NCBI RefSeq assembly: GCF_006345805.1
Contig: NC_043003.1
Coordinates: 89,838,001 to 89,902,000, forward strand
Source of the DNA: Octopus sinensis
Lineage: Eukaryota
Length of the DNA stretch: 64,000 nucleotides
Direction: 5' to 3'
A program made the translations under genes and the position numbers. The number at the start of each line of letters is the position of its first letter. Position 1 is the stretch's first letter. Below are positions 37,264 through 49,664 of the stretch, in pieces. The notes beneath the pieces were generated by a model. The model was not told the DNA's origin. It saw only the letters and a list, made by a program, of their open reading frames with translations, and ran no database searches.

Positions 37264-37467
37264 TTGTGTGTCTGCGTTTGTCCCCCCCAACATCGCTTGA
37301 CAACCGATGTGGTATGTTTACGTCCCCATAACTTAGCGGTTTGGCAATAAAGACCAATAGAATAAGTACTAGGCTTACAAAGAATAAGTCCCGGGGTCGA
37401 TTTGCTCCACTAAAGGCAGTGCTCCAGCATGGCCACAGTCAAATGACTCAAACAAGTAAAAGAGTAA
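37036..37467 (+). mobile_element. tRNA-derived SINE, family A, full length
   Basis: GGCGCAGGAGTGGCTGTGTGG A box, GGTTCAGTTCC B box, internal (TA)n(TG)n, tail CCAGCATGGCCACAGTCAAATGACT..AAGTAAAAGAG. Confidence 0.9.
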
Positions 37468-37513
37468 TATACATATATAATGTATATTTTATATATATAT
37501 GAGCATATATATA

Positions 37514-38010
37514 GGCGCAGGAGTGGCTGTGTGGTAAGTAGCTTGCCATCAACCACCACCATCATCCATTAATGTCCTTGTCCAGCCCGTAGCTACTCTG
37601 TGTGCTGTCCTAGTGGCAAATTATTAAAATAATATTAAAATAAAGTAGCTTGCTAACCAACCACATGGTTCCGGGTTCAGTCCTACTGCGTGGCATCTTG
37701 GGCAAGTGTCTTCTGCTATAGCCCCGGGCCGACCAATGCCTTGTGAGTGGATTTGGTAGACGGAAACTGAAAGAAGTCTGTCGTATATATGTATATGTAT
37801 GTGTGTGTTTGTCCCCCTAGCATTACTCGACAACCGATGCTGGTGTGTTTACGTCCCTGTCACTTAGCGGTTCAGCAAAAGAGACCGATAGAATAAGTAC
37901 TGGGCTTACAAAGAATAAGTCTCGGGGTCGATTTGCTCGACTAAAGGTGGTGCTCCAGCATAGCCGCAGTCAAATGACTAAAACAAGTAAAAGAGAAAAA
38001 GAAAAAATAA
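37514..38010 (+). mobile_element. tRNA-derived SINE, family A, with a 96-bp insertion in its head
   Basis: Same as previous; AAGTAGCTTGC duplicated around 37547-37642. Confidence 0.88.
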
Positions 38011-41000
38011 GTATCATCATCATCATCATCGTTTAGCGTCCGTTTTCCATGCTAGCATAGTGTCATTTACAAAATCTACTCACAAGGCTCACAAACTTTG
38101 GAAAAAGACGAGAGTTGGTAACAGGGTGTTCATTGAGGTAAAAAATTTACCTCAATGAATTCTGTCTGACTCGTGCAAGCATGGCAGAGTGGACACTAAA
38201 ATGATGATGACAATGATGATAGGAGAGGGAAATATATCATTTTTAGAGATTGAAATATATGAAAGAAAAACATTTTATTCATTCATCTGTGTGATTTTGT
38301 TTATGGAATATTTTATCTGTCCTGTAAATTCCAAAGTGTCTAGAAAATTTTTTTTTTGAGGAATCCTTCAACACCCAGCCTATTTTTTGTTATTGGTACT
38401 GTTCCTGGAACTAATTACCTTCAGCAATAGTATATGACCAGTGTGTCTCTACTTGTCTGCTTGTGTTGCTAGTGATCTGCAGTCACTCCTGAATTTTTTT
38501 ACCTTTAACATATCTAATGTAATAAAGTTAGGTTGATTGATGTTACTTATCTAAGGGAACAAAATAATACCAGTAGTACAGTTTTAACTTAAAATCTTTG
38601 TTAATAGTTCATTGCTTTAAAGTTAAATTAATTAATAATATTTTATGAATTAATAAAAGAAAATTACATTTTTTTGAAAGTGAAAATACCTTATTTAATA
38701 TAATTAGGAATCCTAACATGTAATAACTCTCTCTTGCTATTGTTAAATCATTATCATCATTAAACATCTGCATTCCATGCTTACATGTGTAGGACATCTT
38801 GCCTAAACCCAGTGAGTCCACAGTTTGCTCCAGTGTCTGCTTTAGCATGGTTTCTACAGCTGGATGTCCTTAATACCAACCATTTTACAGAGTGTACAGG
38901 TTGCTTGTTTTTATGGCACTGGTACTAGTGAGGTTGCCAGGTTAACTTACAAGACATAAAAGGTCCCCCATGACTGAGTGGGGATGTAGTAGAGAGGAAG
39001 GTGGCTTTATGTCAGGTGTTGAAAAGTTAAAATATGATAGACGGTCAGGAACAGGTGTCTTGCTGAAAAGGAGATATATGGCTACTCCTGCATTATATAA
39101 GAGTGGGTAGGGAAGTTCAAAAGTGTGTAAGAAAAAGTAACAAATAGTTAGAGCGGTAGGTGGAAATGAATGTAGTGAGTGGTGAATAAGAGTGAAGATA
39201 TAGTTGATAGTAAATATGATTTTTTAGGGAGTCTTTTTTAATCTGCATTTATTTTTCTATTTCCTTTCAAAATTGTGTGTTTTTATAAACTTTATCAAAT
39301 TGAATTTCTGCTGATGCACACCATCATTAGTTTCCTCGACTTTGTGTTTCTTTCCATTGGGGTGAATGGATGAGCATCTAGTAAATCAGAAAGAGCTGTT
39401 AGAAGTCTGTTTTCAAAATTAATTATCGTCTATCTTTGGCTTTATTTAATTGTTGATCTCCAGCAACCCCCACTCCACCTTTTTATGTATTCTCACTTAT
39501 CACCTTTTTCTCCTCCTCCTCTGTAATTCTCATTTTCCCTTACCTCCTCCTCCCCCCAAACAGATTTACCATTGACTACATCTCTAGTCATGTTTACCTT
39601 TCACTATATTTACCTCTACCTCCATCTCTAACCATCATCTGTCTCTCTTTTCATATTGAGCCTACAGATCAACCAATCATCAATCCTCTGCCTCTACTCT
39701 TTCTTATATCCACCTTCTTGTACCTTGAGAGTACTCACTGACACCTCATCTCCACTATCCTTTCTCCCTTTCCAGCTAGGATAGCCCTGTATTTCCTCTA
39801 GAGTAACATACGTGTTCCTGTTCCTCTATCATACTTCAGTCTCCCAACATATGGAAAAGGCCATTGCCCTCACTACTACATGCTTCTCAATTGAGAGGTC
39901 AGCTTATTTTGTCTTGCTAGTTACTTGGTATCTTTCACTCAAGTCAGTGCTTCGAAAAAAAGCATCCCATACACTCTAAAATAGTTGCTGTTAGGAAGGG
40001 CATCCAGCCATAGAAACCTTGCTAGACATTGGAGCTTACTGCAGTCCACTAGCTCATTAGATCCTGTTGAACTATCCAATTCCTGCCAACATGGAACATG
40101 GATATAAAATGATGAGCATGATGATTGTCTTGTAATTCCTTTCAGGACATTATGAAAGCAATAACTACCACTAAATATTAAAATAATTCTAAAATTAATG
40201 ATTTAATTCAAGCTCTTTAATCTTTAATGATTTAGAAGATTCATTTTTTTCTTCTTGTGCTTGATGGTTTGGCTCCATTGGTCTCGCCCAACACAACTTT
40301 AACCAACCCCACAACATTAACATACATCACAACTTCAACCTGCACCACTACTTCAACTGACTCTACAACTTCCATAAGAACTTGTGCTGTAGGTTCAACC
40401 TACAATTGTCAAGAGGAATGGGGATTGATAATACACCCATACATTCAAACATAAAAATTTTCTCCTATCTTACCTGCATATTATGCTGTGTGGATAAGCC
40501 ATGTGGTTTCAGATTCCATCCCTCTGCAGGAGGCCTTGGTCTTCTGCTATAACTTTAGGCTGACAAATGAGTGAGAATGAATGAAATTATTTTATGGAAG
40601 CTATATGGAAACCCTGTGTGTGTGTGTGTCTGAGTGTTTATTTTCTACATGTCTTTGCATGATACAATTTGGGCAAAACTGTGATGTCTTGCCCATATCT
40701 ACTGTAATAAATGTTTTGTAGCTCTGCAGTTTCATCTTGTCAATGTCAGTGGAATAAAAAAAAACACCATGTTTGAAAAACAAGGAAGGGTTGACAAGGA
40801 GAGCATACTGCCATAAAATACTTCCTCAATAAGTCTTTGTTTAGCCCCTCTTCTGTGTTTTATTATATGTAGGTGTGGGCATGGTTGTGTGCCTAAGATG
40901 TTTGCTTCCCTACCACATGGCCTTGAGTTCAGTCCCATTTCTCAGCATCTTGGGAAGGTGTTTTTTGTATTATAGTCCCAGGTGGACCAAAGCCATGTGA

Positions 41001-41849
41001 GTGGATTTGGTAGATGAAAATTGAAAGAACCCCTTCCTTTGTGTGTGTGTATGCACATGCGCACATATGTGTGTGTGTTACAATTTCCTTCTCTTGACAT
41101 TGTGTGATAATTGCAAATGACCATCACTATCATACAAGCAGTGCCTCTAGACATAGAAAACCTGCTTCAACAAATTCTATCTGATCCATGTGAGCATGGG
41201 AAAGTAAATGTTAAGCTGCTGACGATGATGGGAATGATTTGTAAGTTCTTTATAAGTCTTTATATGTTTTATCATATGTTTGTAAAGTCCTTCATATTGT
41301 CAGCTTTAAACATCTAAGGTATTCCATTCTAGTACAGACTTTGGGTTAAATTATAAATTTTCTATAATTGAGCATCAAAATTCTCTTCCAATTTCTCCAT
41401 CTTGAGATGAAGAATTCTTTTAGAGAAACAGACATCTATTGTAATATATACCATACCTGATGTTTGCTTGAATAGTAACTGTTTTGAACTGAAAGGCTCT
41501 TGTTTAGAATTCCCTCCCACTCACTATTTCTGTGTTGTTTAGTTACTACAGTCATTGGATGCTTCTCCGAAGCCTTTCTAGATTCCATTATTTTGTACCA
41601 ATTGGTGTAACACTTAATACCAACATTAAGCTGCTCAAAGTCACTATAGTTCACTTCCCCTTAGAGTTTTGCATAAAATTTCCTGTTTGAGAAAATGTCA
41701 GCATAGCCTGGTAGGTTGGTCATCTAATTTGAAATGGTGATAGGGAATAGTTTAAGGTTCAGTTGGCTGCTGAACTTTTACTCAGTTTACCAGTTTTCTT
41801 ATTTTGTTACCAGAATTAGAAAAATTGATTCTTGATCAGTTTAGCATCC

Positions 41850-42364
41850 TTATTCCTTTTATTACCATATTTCCATTGACACAAGCTGCTTTTGTTTCAA
41901 TTTCTTTTAGAAATAATAAGAGTTTAGTGAAATAACTAAGTTAAAGTTTGGATCATAAATTCATTAGAAATTTGATTAGAAGTTTTAATTTAGATCACTT
42001 TAACCCTTTTGTTACCATATTTCTGTTGAAATACACTGCCTGTTTCAATTCATTTTGAAAATAAGGAAAAATTTTAGTAAAATTACTATTATTGAGGTAG
42101 TGATTTGAAACATAAATTCACTTGAAATTTTGTTGGAAAATTTTAATTTAGATAACTTAACCCTTTCATTAGTATATTTCTGGCCAAATATGTGTTTATT
42201 TAAATTAATTTTGAAAATAATGGAGAATTTAGTAAAATAATTTTGTCCTTATTAAATTGAAGTTTGAAACATAAATCGGATAGATATTAATTTAGATAAC
42301 TTCAAAACAGGAAGGCTTTATCCTAAAATTAAGGGCTCTTAGCTAAAGATATCAAAAGGATTAA
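41850..42364 (+). mobile_element. Family-1 piggyBac-like MITE with two extra left-end segments in tandem
   Basis: Unit starts at about 41850, 42000 and 42157; only the last has a right end (AAAAGGATTAA). Confidence 0.8.
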
Positions 42365-42867
42365 TACACTGCCTTATCAGTGTCTCACCAATACTACCTT
42401 GGTTCTTATGTGATGGTGAATTTTGAATAAGAGATAAATTAAGCAATATCTAACAAAGCAATATCTAACAAATATATATAATTGGTATGAATGGAGAAAA
42501 TATCACAGAAATCAGAGTAAAGTTGTAATGTGACAACTTCCTCAGGATATACCTCATGAATTGAAGGTTGCTTCCCAATCTGAAAGTTGATACCATACAG
42601 TTGCAGTGTTTAGTTTTACTCCCTTATGTTGAATTCAAATTTTGCTAGTCAACAGTTGCTTACATCTCCCTAGAATCACTGTCATCATCATTATCATTAC
42701 CTTTTAACATCCACTTTCCATGCTGGTACAGATAGGGAAGCTTGACAAGATACACAAATATATATGTATGTGTGCATATATGAGTGTTATATGGGAGGGT
42801 GTGTGAATACATATATATGTATTTATCTGTTCATATAGATGTGTGTGTGTGTGTGTGTGTGTGTGAA

Positions 42868-43195
42868 GATGCATGGCTCAATGGTTAGAGCATTGGGCTC
42901 AATCATGAATTAGTGAGTTTGATTTCTGGACTGGGCTGTGTTCTTGAGCAAGACACTTTATTCCATGTTGCTCCAGATCACTCAGCTGTAGAAATGAGTT
43001 GCAATATTACTGGTGCCAAGCTGTATGGCCCCTTTGCCTTTCCTTTGGACGCCATTGGTAGCATGGAGAGGGGGAGCCTGGTATGCTTGGGCAACTGCTG
43101 GTCTTCCACAAACAACCTTGCCTGGACTTGTGCCTCACAGGGTACTTTCTAGGTGCAATCCCATGGTCATTCATGACCAAAGGGGGTCTTTACCC
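42868..43195 (+). mobile_element. tRNA-derived SINE, family C (CORE-like centre)
   Basis: TGGCTCAATGGTTAG A box, decayed B box, GTGTTCTTGAGCAAGACACTTTA, 3' hairpin GGTCATTCATGACC; related head at about 44210-44345. Confidence 0.7.
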
Positions 43196-43699
43196 TGTGC
43201 GTGTATGTGTATCATCATCATCATCATCATTTAATATTCATCTTCCACTTTAGTATTCCTCAGCCAGTTTGGCAGAGACCGATGATGAACCAGAAGACTG
43301 TTTCGAGCTTTAGTGTCTACTCTGACAAGATGGATGCACTTCTTAATGTCAGCCACCTCTACAATGTGTACTGGGTGCTTTTTTTCCTTGACTCCAGCAC
43401 TAGTGAAGTTGCCGTGTAGTTTACAAGACTAAAATCTTCATTGACTCAGTGGGGCTACAGTTGGGAGGAAGTGGGATGGCATTATGCTGGATTATGAGAG
43501 GTTAAAGTGTGAAAGAAAGGACCAGAACAAAACAGGTTTCTTCCTGTATAGGAGGTACAATCTATATTAATAAAATTGGCTTGCTAAGTCTGCTATATAG
43601 TTGCTATACCCTCCTTCTCCTTCGACTAACCCTACAAAAATTTTAGCGTTCCAATAAATAATAAATAAATGAAAAATATGATGCTGATTGTCTGCTGGT

Positions 43700-44000
43700 A
43701 TCTGTTCGTGTGCGTGCATGCATGCATGTAACTGTATGAGACTGTGTGCTTGTATGTGTATACGTAACTGTATGAGACTGTGTGTTTATGTGTATGCGCG
43801 TAACTGTATGAGACTGTGTTTACTTGTGCACGTAACTGTGAGACTGTGTATGTGTGCATGCGTAACTGTATGTGACTGTGTGTTTGTGTGTATGCACGTA
43901 ACTGTATGAGACAGTGTGTGTGTGTGTGCGTGTGTGTGTATCTATATGAGACTCATTGTGTTTGTGTGTGTGTACTCGTAACTGTATGAGACTGTGTGTG
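43700..44000. repeat. Minisatellite, 30-36-bp period, core GTAACTGTATGAGACTGTG
   Basis: Core at about 43728, 43764, 43800, 43832, 43862, 43898 and 43978, separated by TG-rich linkers. Confidence 0.9.
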
Positions 44001-45116
44001 TGAGTGTTTGTGAAACAACTGAATATGTATGTTGGTGTCAGTATGTTTAACATACAGACTGTGTGTGGAATGTCTGCTGATATGTGTATGTATAAAATAA
44101 ATAGACTGTGTGTATGTGTATATAACAATATGCGTTTGAGTGTGTATGTTGTTATCTGTGTATGTTTGTGTAACAATAGGAGATTATGCAATTGTCAGCT
44201 GATATCTGCTGGCACGTGGCTTAGAGGTTAGAGTATTCAGCTCACCATCATGAATTTGAAAACCAGCAGCACATTGTTATAGGGTACTCCTCCAGCCCAC
44301 TCAGCTAGTAAAAGAGAGTTGTCCTGTAAATCACTAGGGCCAGCCTTGTTTATAAAATAAATGTGTCTGTCCTGGGACCTGATTCATTTTACTACACCAT
44401 CACCTAAAATATTGTGGCTTTATGTCAACGTTAAAGACCTTCGTCATTGCTATAACTATTGCAGGATCTCTCAATTAACAACAAGAGACGCTGCAATGAC
44501 AGTGTAACAGTGACACAACAGCAAAGAATGTCTTACACTCATTGTTGTTTTCACTTTTCTTTTCTTTTATTTATTTCAGTCATTGGATTGTGGTCATACT
44601 GGGACATTTCTTTGACCCCCATTACTTTTTTTTTTATCTATCTGGTACTTATTCTGTTTGTTACCTGTGACAAGCTACTAAGTTTCAGGGTGTGTTAACA
44701 AACCAACAATAGTTGGCAAGTAGTTTGAGGGACAAAGACATGCGTGCACATGTCTATAGCAAGACACTGGTGGCTGTCTCTTTATCATACTTCAACTCCT
44801 CAACAGCTGGCATAAAGCCACATGGAGCCTTTTTCTTTGTCTTGTAAGTTATTGGGTGACCTCACTAGTGCCAGTGTCACAAAAAAAAAAAAAAAAAGCT
44901 CCAAGTGCACTCTGTAAAATAGCTGATGTTAGTAAGAGCATTCAGCCATTGAAACTCTGCTAAAATGGACATTGGAGCTGGACACAGTTCTCCTGCTCAT
45001 TAAATAGTGCCAAACCATCAAATCAATATCTAATTTTGGCATGGGCATGGTTTCTATGACTGGATGCTCTTCTTAACATCAAGCCATGGGAGGCAGACAT
45101 TAAATGATGGTGATGA

Positions 45117-45169
<53 letters not shown>

Positions 45170-45553
45170 GGCACAGGCGTGGCTGTGTGGCAAGAAGTTT
45201 ACTTCCCAGCTACATGGTTCCGAGTTCAGTCCCACTGTGTGGCACCTTAGGCAAGTGTCTTTTTCTATAGCCTCAGGCCAATCAAAGCCTTGTGAGTAGA
45301 TTTGGTGGACAGAAAGTAGAAGTTTGTCATATGTGTGTGTGTCTGTGTTGGTCCCCTGCCATCTCTTGACAACCAGTGTTGGTGTGTTTGCATCTTAGTA
45401 ATTTGTTAGTGTTATGAGTTTGGCAAGAGTGATTGATAGAATAATTGTCAGGCTTAAAAAACTAAAAGTACTTCGATTGATTTGTTTGACTAAAATTATT
45501 CAAGGCAGTGCCCCAGCATGGCTACAGTCTAATGACTGAAACAAGTAAAAGAT
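45170..45553 (+). mobile_element. tRNA-derived SINE, family A
   Basis: A/B boxes and CCCCAGCATGGCTACAGTCTAATGACTGAAAC tail. Confidence 0.88.
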
Positions 45554-45661
45554 ATTTATATATATCACAGACTTCATTCAGTTTCTGTCTACTAAATTCC
45601 TTTCACAAGGCATTGGTTGACCCAGATCTTTAATAGAAGATACTTGCCCACGTGGTTGCAA

Positions 45662-46045
45662 ACTCTTTACTCTTTTACTTGTTTCAGTCATGTGACTATA
45701 GCCATGCTGGAGCACCACCTTTAGTCGAGCAAATCAACCCCAGGACTTATTCTTTGTAAGCCTAGTACTTATTCTATCGGTCTCTTTTGCCGAGCTGCTA
45801 AGTTACAGGGATGTAAACACACCAGCATTGGTTGTCAAGCGACAAACACAGACGCACATACATATATATATATACATATATACGACAGGCTTCTTTCAGT
45901 TTCCATCTAGCAAATCCACTCACAAGGCTTTAGTCAGTCCGAGGCTATAGTAGAAGACACTTGCCCAAGGTGCCACGCAGTGGGACTGAACCTGGAACCA
46001 TGTGGTTTGTAAGCAAGCCACTTACCACATAGCCACTCCTACGCC
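45662..46045 (-). mobile_element. tRNA-derived SINE, family A, full length
   Basis: Reverse complement of the 37036-37467 family. Confidence 0.9.
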
Positions 46046-47399
46046 TAGTGAACTTTTTAACCACAAAGCCATGACTATTTTTTCTGATCTTCCCCAAACT
46101 TTTGTAAATTTATTGGGAGGAAAACAGGTTTTTGCTTTCTTTTTTTTTCCTTTTTTTGGTTTTTCCTTTTCTTCTCAGTTTCTCAGTGTTTTTTTTCATA
46201 AGTATAATAAGCCCTTGCAAGTGAAAGATAGTGAAATGACAAATGTATTAATAGGGGGGGAAAAAACAAGTTTTGTTTGCTACATGATATATCCTACTTC
46301 ATAGAGGTACAGCTGTTTCCTGTGTAGTCTGACCTCCAGTTGTATTAGTTGGAGCCTAGTATTTTAACATTTTGCTAGATAATATTTAACTTCTATACAA
46401 AGAGGATACCAGCTCTTTGAGAGAATGCTGCTTTTAAAATTTGAGCCCTTGCTTACTGATTGCTAATGTTCATTATCTTTCATCATTATTATCGTCCACT
46501 TTTTTCATGCTGGACTTTGTTGAGGCAGATTTTCTGTGGCCGGATGCCCTTCCTGTCACCAATTTTCACTTATTTCCAACCAAGCTAATATTTCCTTGTG
46601 ATCAAACATGGAAATATTTTTCAGTTTGAAACAAATGACACTGGCTTGTATGATGTGCCATTTATTTACAACCACCACCTGATGTCAAAACCAAGAGAGA
46701 CAAACATAGATACATGCAGGCACATATGCATGCACACACACACACACACACACTCTCCACACACACACACCCGCGCACGCGCACACACACACACACACAC
46801 TTATACATACGTATACACAGTAGGCTTCTTTCAGTTTCTGTCTATGAAATCCACTCACAAGGCTTTGTTTGACTTGGGTTTTAGCAGAAGACGCTTGCCT
46901 AAAGTTCTATGGCAGTGAGACTGAATCCAGAATCTTATGGTTAGGAACCAATATTTTTAACCATGCAGCCATGCCTGTGCCTAAATGTCCTAATTTTAGA
47001 TCCCACCTCTGATAAGATCAATACCACTCTTATTTTGCAATTAATTGATCAATTAATTAATATATTAGAAAAATGCTTCCTACTATAAAGCATATTTTTA
47101 AAAATCATTCCAAATGTTTTAATTTATTGAACTTTTTAATCAGTATTATCCTTCTCAGTTGATCAATTTTGCAGTTTGTTCATTATGAAATTTACAAGAA
47201 TGCTGAGTTACTCCAATCACAAGTAATATACCCAGGTGTGCATGAATTTCAACACATGTAGGAACAAGGTTGTTCTGCATATAAATCAATTTTTGGGGGT
47301 GACATATTCTTTATGTTATGGCAGTTTAATTCTCAAGAAGGTGAAGTTACTGTGTTAGTGCAATGTGTGTTGATTTAATATCATACTTATGTTCGAGTA

Positions 47400-47890
47400 G
47401 TATGGAGTGCATTCTGCAATAGGTTACGTTAGATAACCACATCCAAATATTTATTTGGTTAATACTATTTTACACCCAATGTGTACATGCATGTCATATC
47501 ACTTTACATCAAGTGCTAAAGCTGCTTTTGGATCAGCAATGTTCATAAAAAGTTTGGTCTGACTATTCTTCAGGTAAAATTTCATCCATGTCACTTGATG
47601 AAAAATTGAATGGATTGAAGTCAGTCCGTGTGAACAGAAGAAATATATAAATATAGATAATGCCATTGTGGTTTTTTGGCACCAGGTAAAGCAGGCCTTG
47701 CTATCCAGTCAAGAAAACACATAGTAAATGGTCCACAAGCACTCGAGCAAACTGAGTCCTCAACTTGTTTCATTTGCCAAAAGGTTTGCAAGGCACCAGC
47801 AGGCCTCAAGGGACACATTCATGTCAATAGAACATGATTAACACTTTATTTTATTGAACCCTCATTTGCCATTCACAACAAGAGAATTCA
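47400..47890 (+). mobile_element. Old RTE-type LINE 3' end with C2H2-like finger remnants
   Basis: Translates CHCGFLAPGKAGLAIQSRKH...CFICQKVCKAPAGLKGHIHV-stop; upstream heavily decayed. Confidence 0.45.
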
Positions 47891-47899
47891 TCATATATA

Positions 47900-48801
47900 C
47901 ATCATCATCATCATCATCGTTTAACGTCCGTTTTCTGCGCTAGCATGGGTTGGACGGTTCGACCGGGGTCTGGGAAGCCAGGGGCTGCACCAGGCTCCAG
48001 TCTGATCTGGCAGAGTTTCTACAGCTGGATGCCCTTCCTAACGCCAACCACTCCGTGAGTGTAGTGGGTGCTTTTTACGTGCCACCTGCACAGGTGCCGG
48101 GGGGGGGGGTCCAGCACCGGCCACGATCGGTTGGAGCTTTTAATGTGCCACCAGCACGGAAGCCAGCCAAGGTGCGCTGGAAAAGGCCACGTTCGGATGG
48201 TGCTTTTTATGTGCCACCGGCACTGGAGCCAGTCGAGGCAGCGCTGGCATCGGCATCGTTCAGACGGTGCTTTTTATGTGCCACCGGCACAGAAGCCACT
48301 CGGGGCGGTGCTGGCATCGGCCACATTCGGATGGTGCTTTTTATGTGCTACCGGCACAGAAGCCAGTCGAGGCGGCGCTGGCAACGGCCACGTTCGGATG
48401 GTGCTTTGTATGTGCCACCGGCACAGGTATCACAACTACTATTTCCATTGATGAATATTTTGATGTTCATGTTCTTGACTCAACAGGTCTCCTCAAACAC
48501 AGCGGGATATTCTGGAATCCAGGGTACTTTGAATGGGCAGGGGCTATGCGGAACTGGCGCAGGAAGCAGCCCGGGTCTTTGCAGTCACAGCATATCTCCA
48601 GAGATCTCGGTCCTTCGCCATTGCCTCAGTGAGGCCCAACGCTCTGAGGTCATGCCTGACTACCTCATCCCATGTCTTCCTGGGTCTACCTCTCCCCCTG
48701 AGACCTTCAACTGTTTGGGAGTGGCACTTCTTCACACATCTCTCCTCATCCATCCGCAGTACATGACCATACCATCGCAAGTGTCGCTCTTGCGATGGTA
48801 T
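47900..48801 (-). mobile_element. RTE LINE 3' fragment with expanded UTR repeat
   Basis: LRWYGHVLRMDEERCVKKC...RGRGRPRKTWDEVV; five ~67-bp units plus a partial; (GAT)n tail. Confidence 0.93.
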
Positions 48802-49664
48802 ATGTATTTTATATATTAGGGAGGTTATAATCTCTAAAGCATTTATCTGCCATAATTTGTTGAGTATATCATTGAATAAGTTGTTGCTCAAAGATTGATT
48901 AGAGACCATTTTTCAAAGGATTTTAAAAAAAAAATAAATAAAACGTGTTTCAAAAATTCTACAACACATGGATTGTTTGTTTATAACCAATGTTACAGAA
49001 TGTCAATAAATAGAAAGGGTTAAGGGTGCTGTAGCTGGGACTGAAATCTAGTTTTAGATTCAGTATACTGGAGCTAATAACTTCTGATTATAGGTTCACT
49101 TTCCTAACTGGGGCAGTAAGAAAAAATTTATTCTGAAATGGCTACATAGTGACCTTATTAGTGCTAGAGTGACAAAAAGAAAAAAAAGAAAAAAGTACCC
49201 ACTACATGTTGTAAAGTGGTTGGTGTTAGGTAAAGCATCTAGCTGTAGAAACCATACATACATTGAAGCATGATGCAGTCTTTGGGCCTGTCAATCTCTC
49301 CAATTGAGCTGCAGTTATGATGTTGGTACTGTTATACCCAGCATATATCGTCATCATATAGGTAACTCTTTTCCAATATTCAGATGACTTTCACTCCTCC
49401 ATATCAGTTAACTTTTCTCAGCACGTGTATATATATGTCTGTGTTTATATACATGTGTATATATGTGTGTGTGTGCGCATATGTATACATCTATATATAT
49501 ATGTGTGTGTGTATTTATATGAATATGTGGTGTGTATGTATATATATATGTATGTGTGTATTTATATAAACATGTGTATGTGTGTTGTATGTATATATGT
49601 GTGTGTGTCTGTCTGTCTATCTATCTATCTATCTATCTATCCATCCATCCATCCATCTTATATA

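Noticed and set aside
43700-44000. CRISPR-like repeat-spacer pattern
   Set aside because: Linkers are related low-complexity TG sequence rather than unique spacers; eukaryotic context and no cas genes
47950-48819. 289-aa ORF, the longest in the track
   Set aside because: Antisense read-through of the GC-rich RTE 3' UTR repeat; repetitive peptide with no domain
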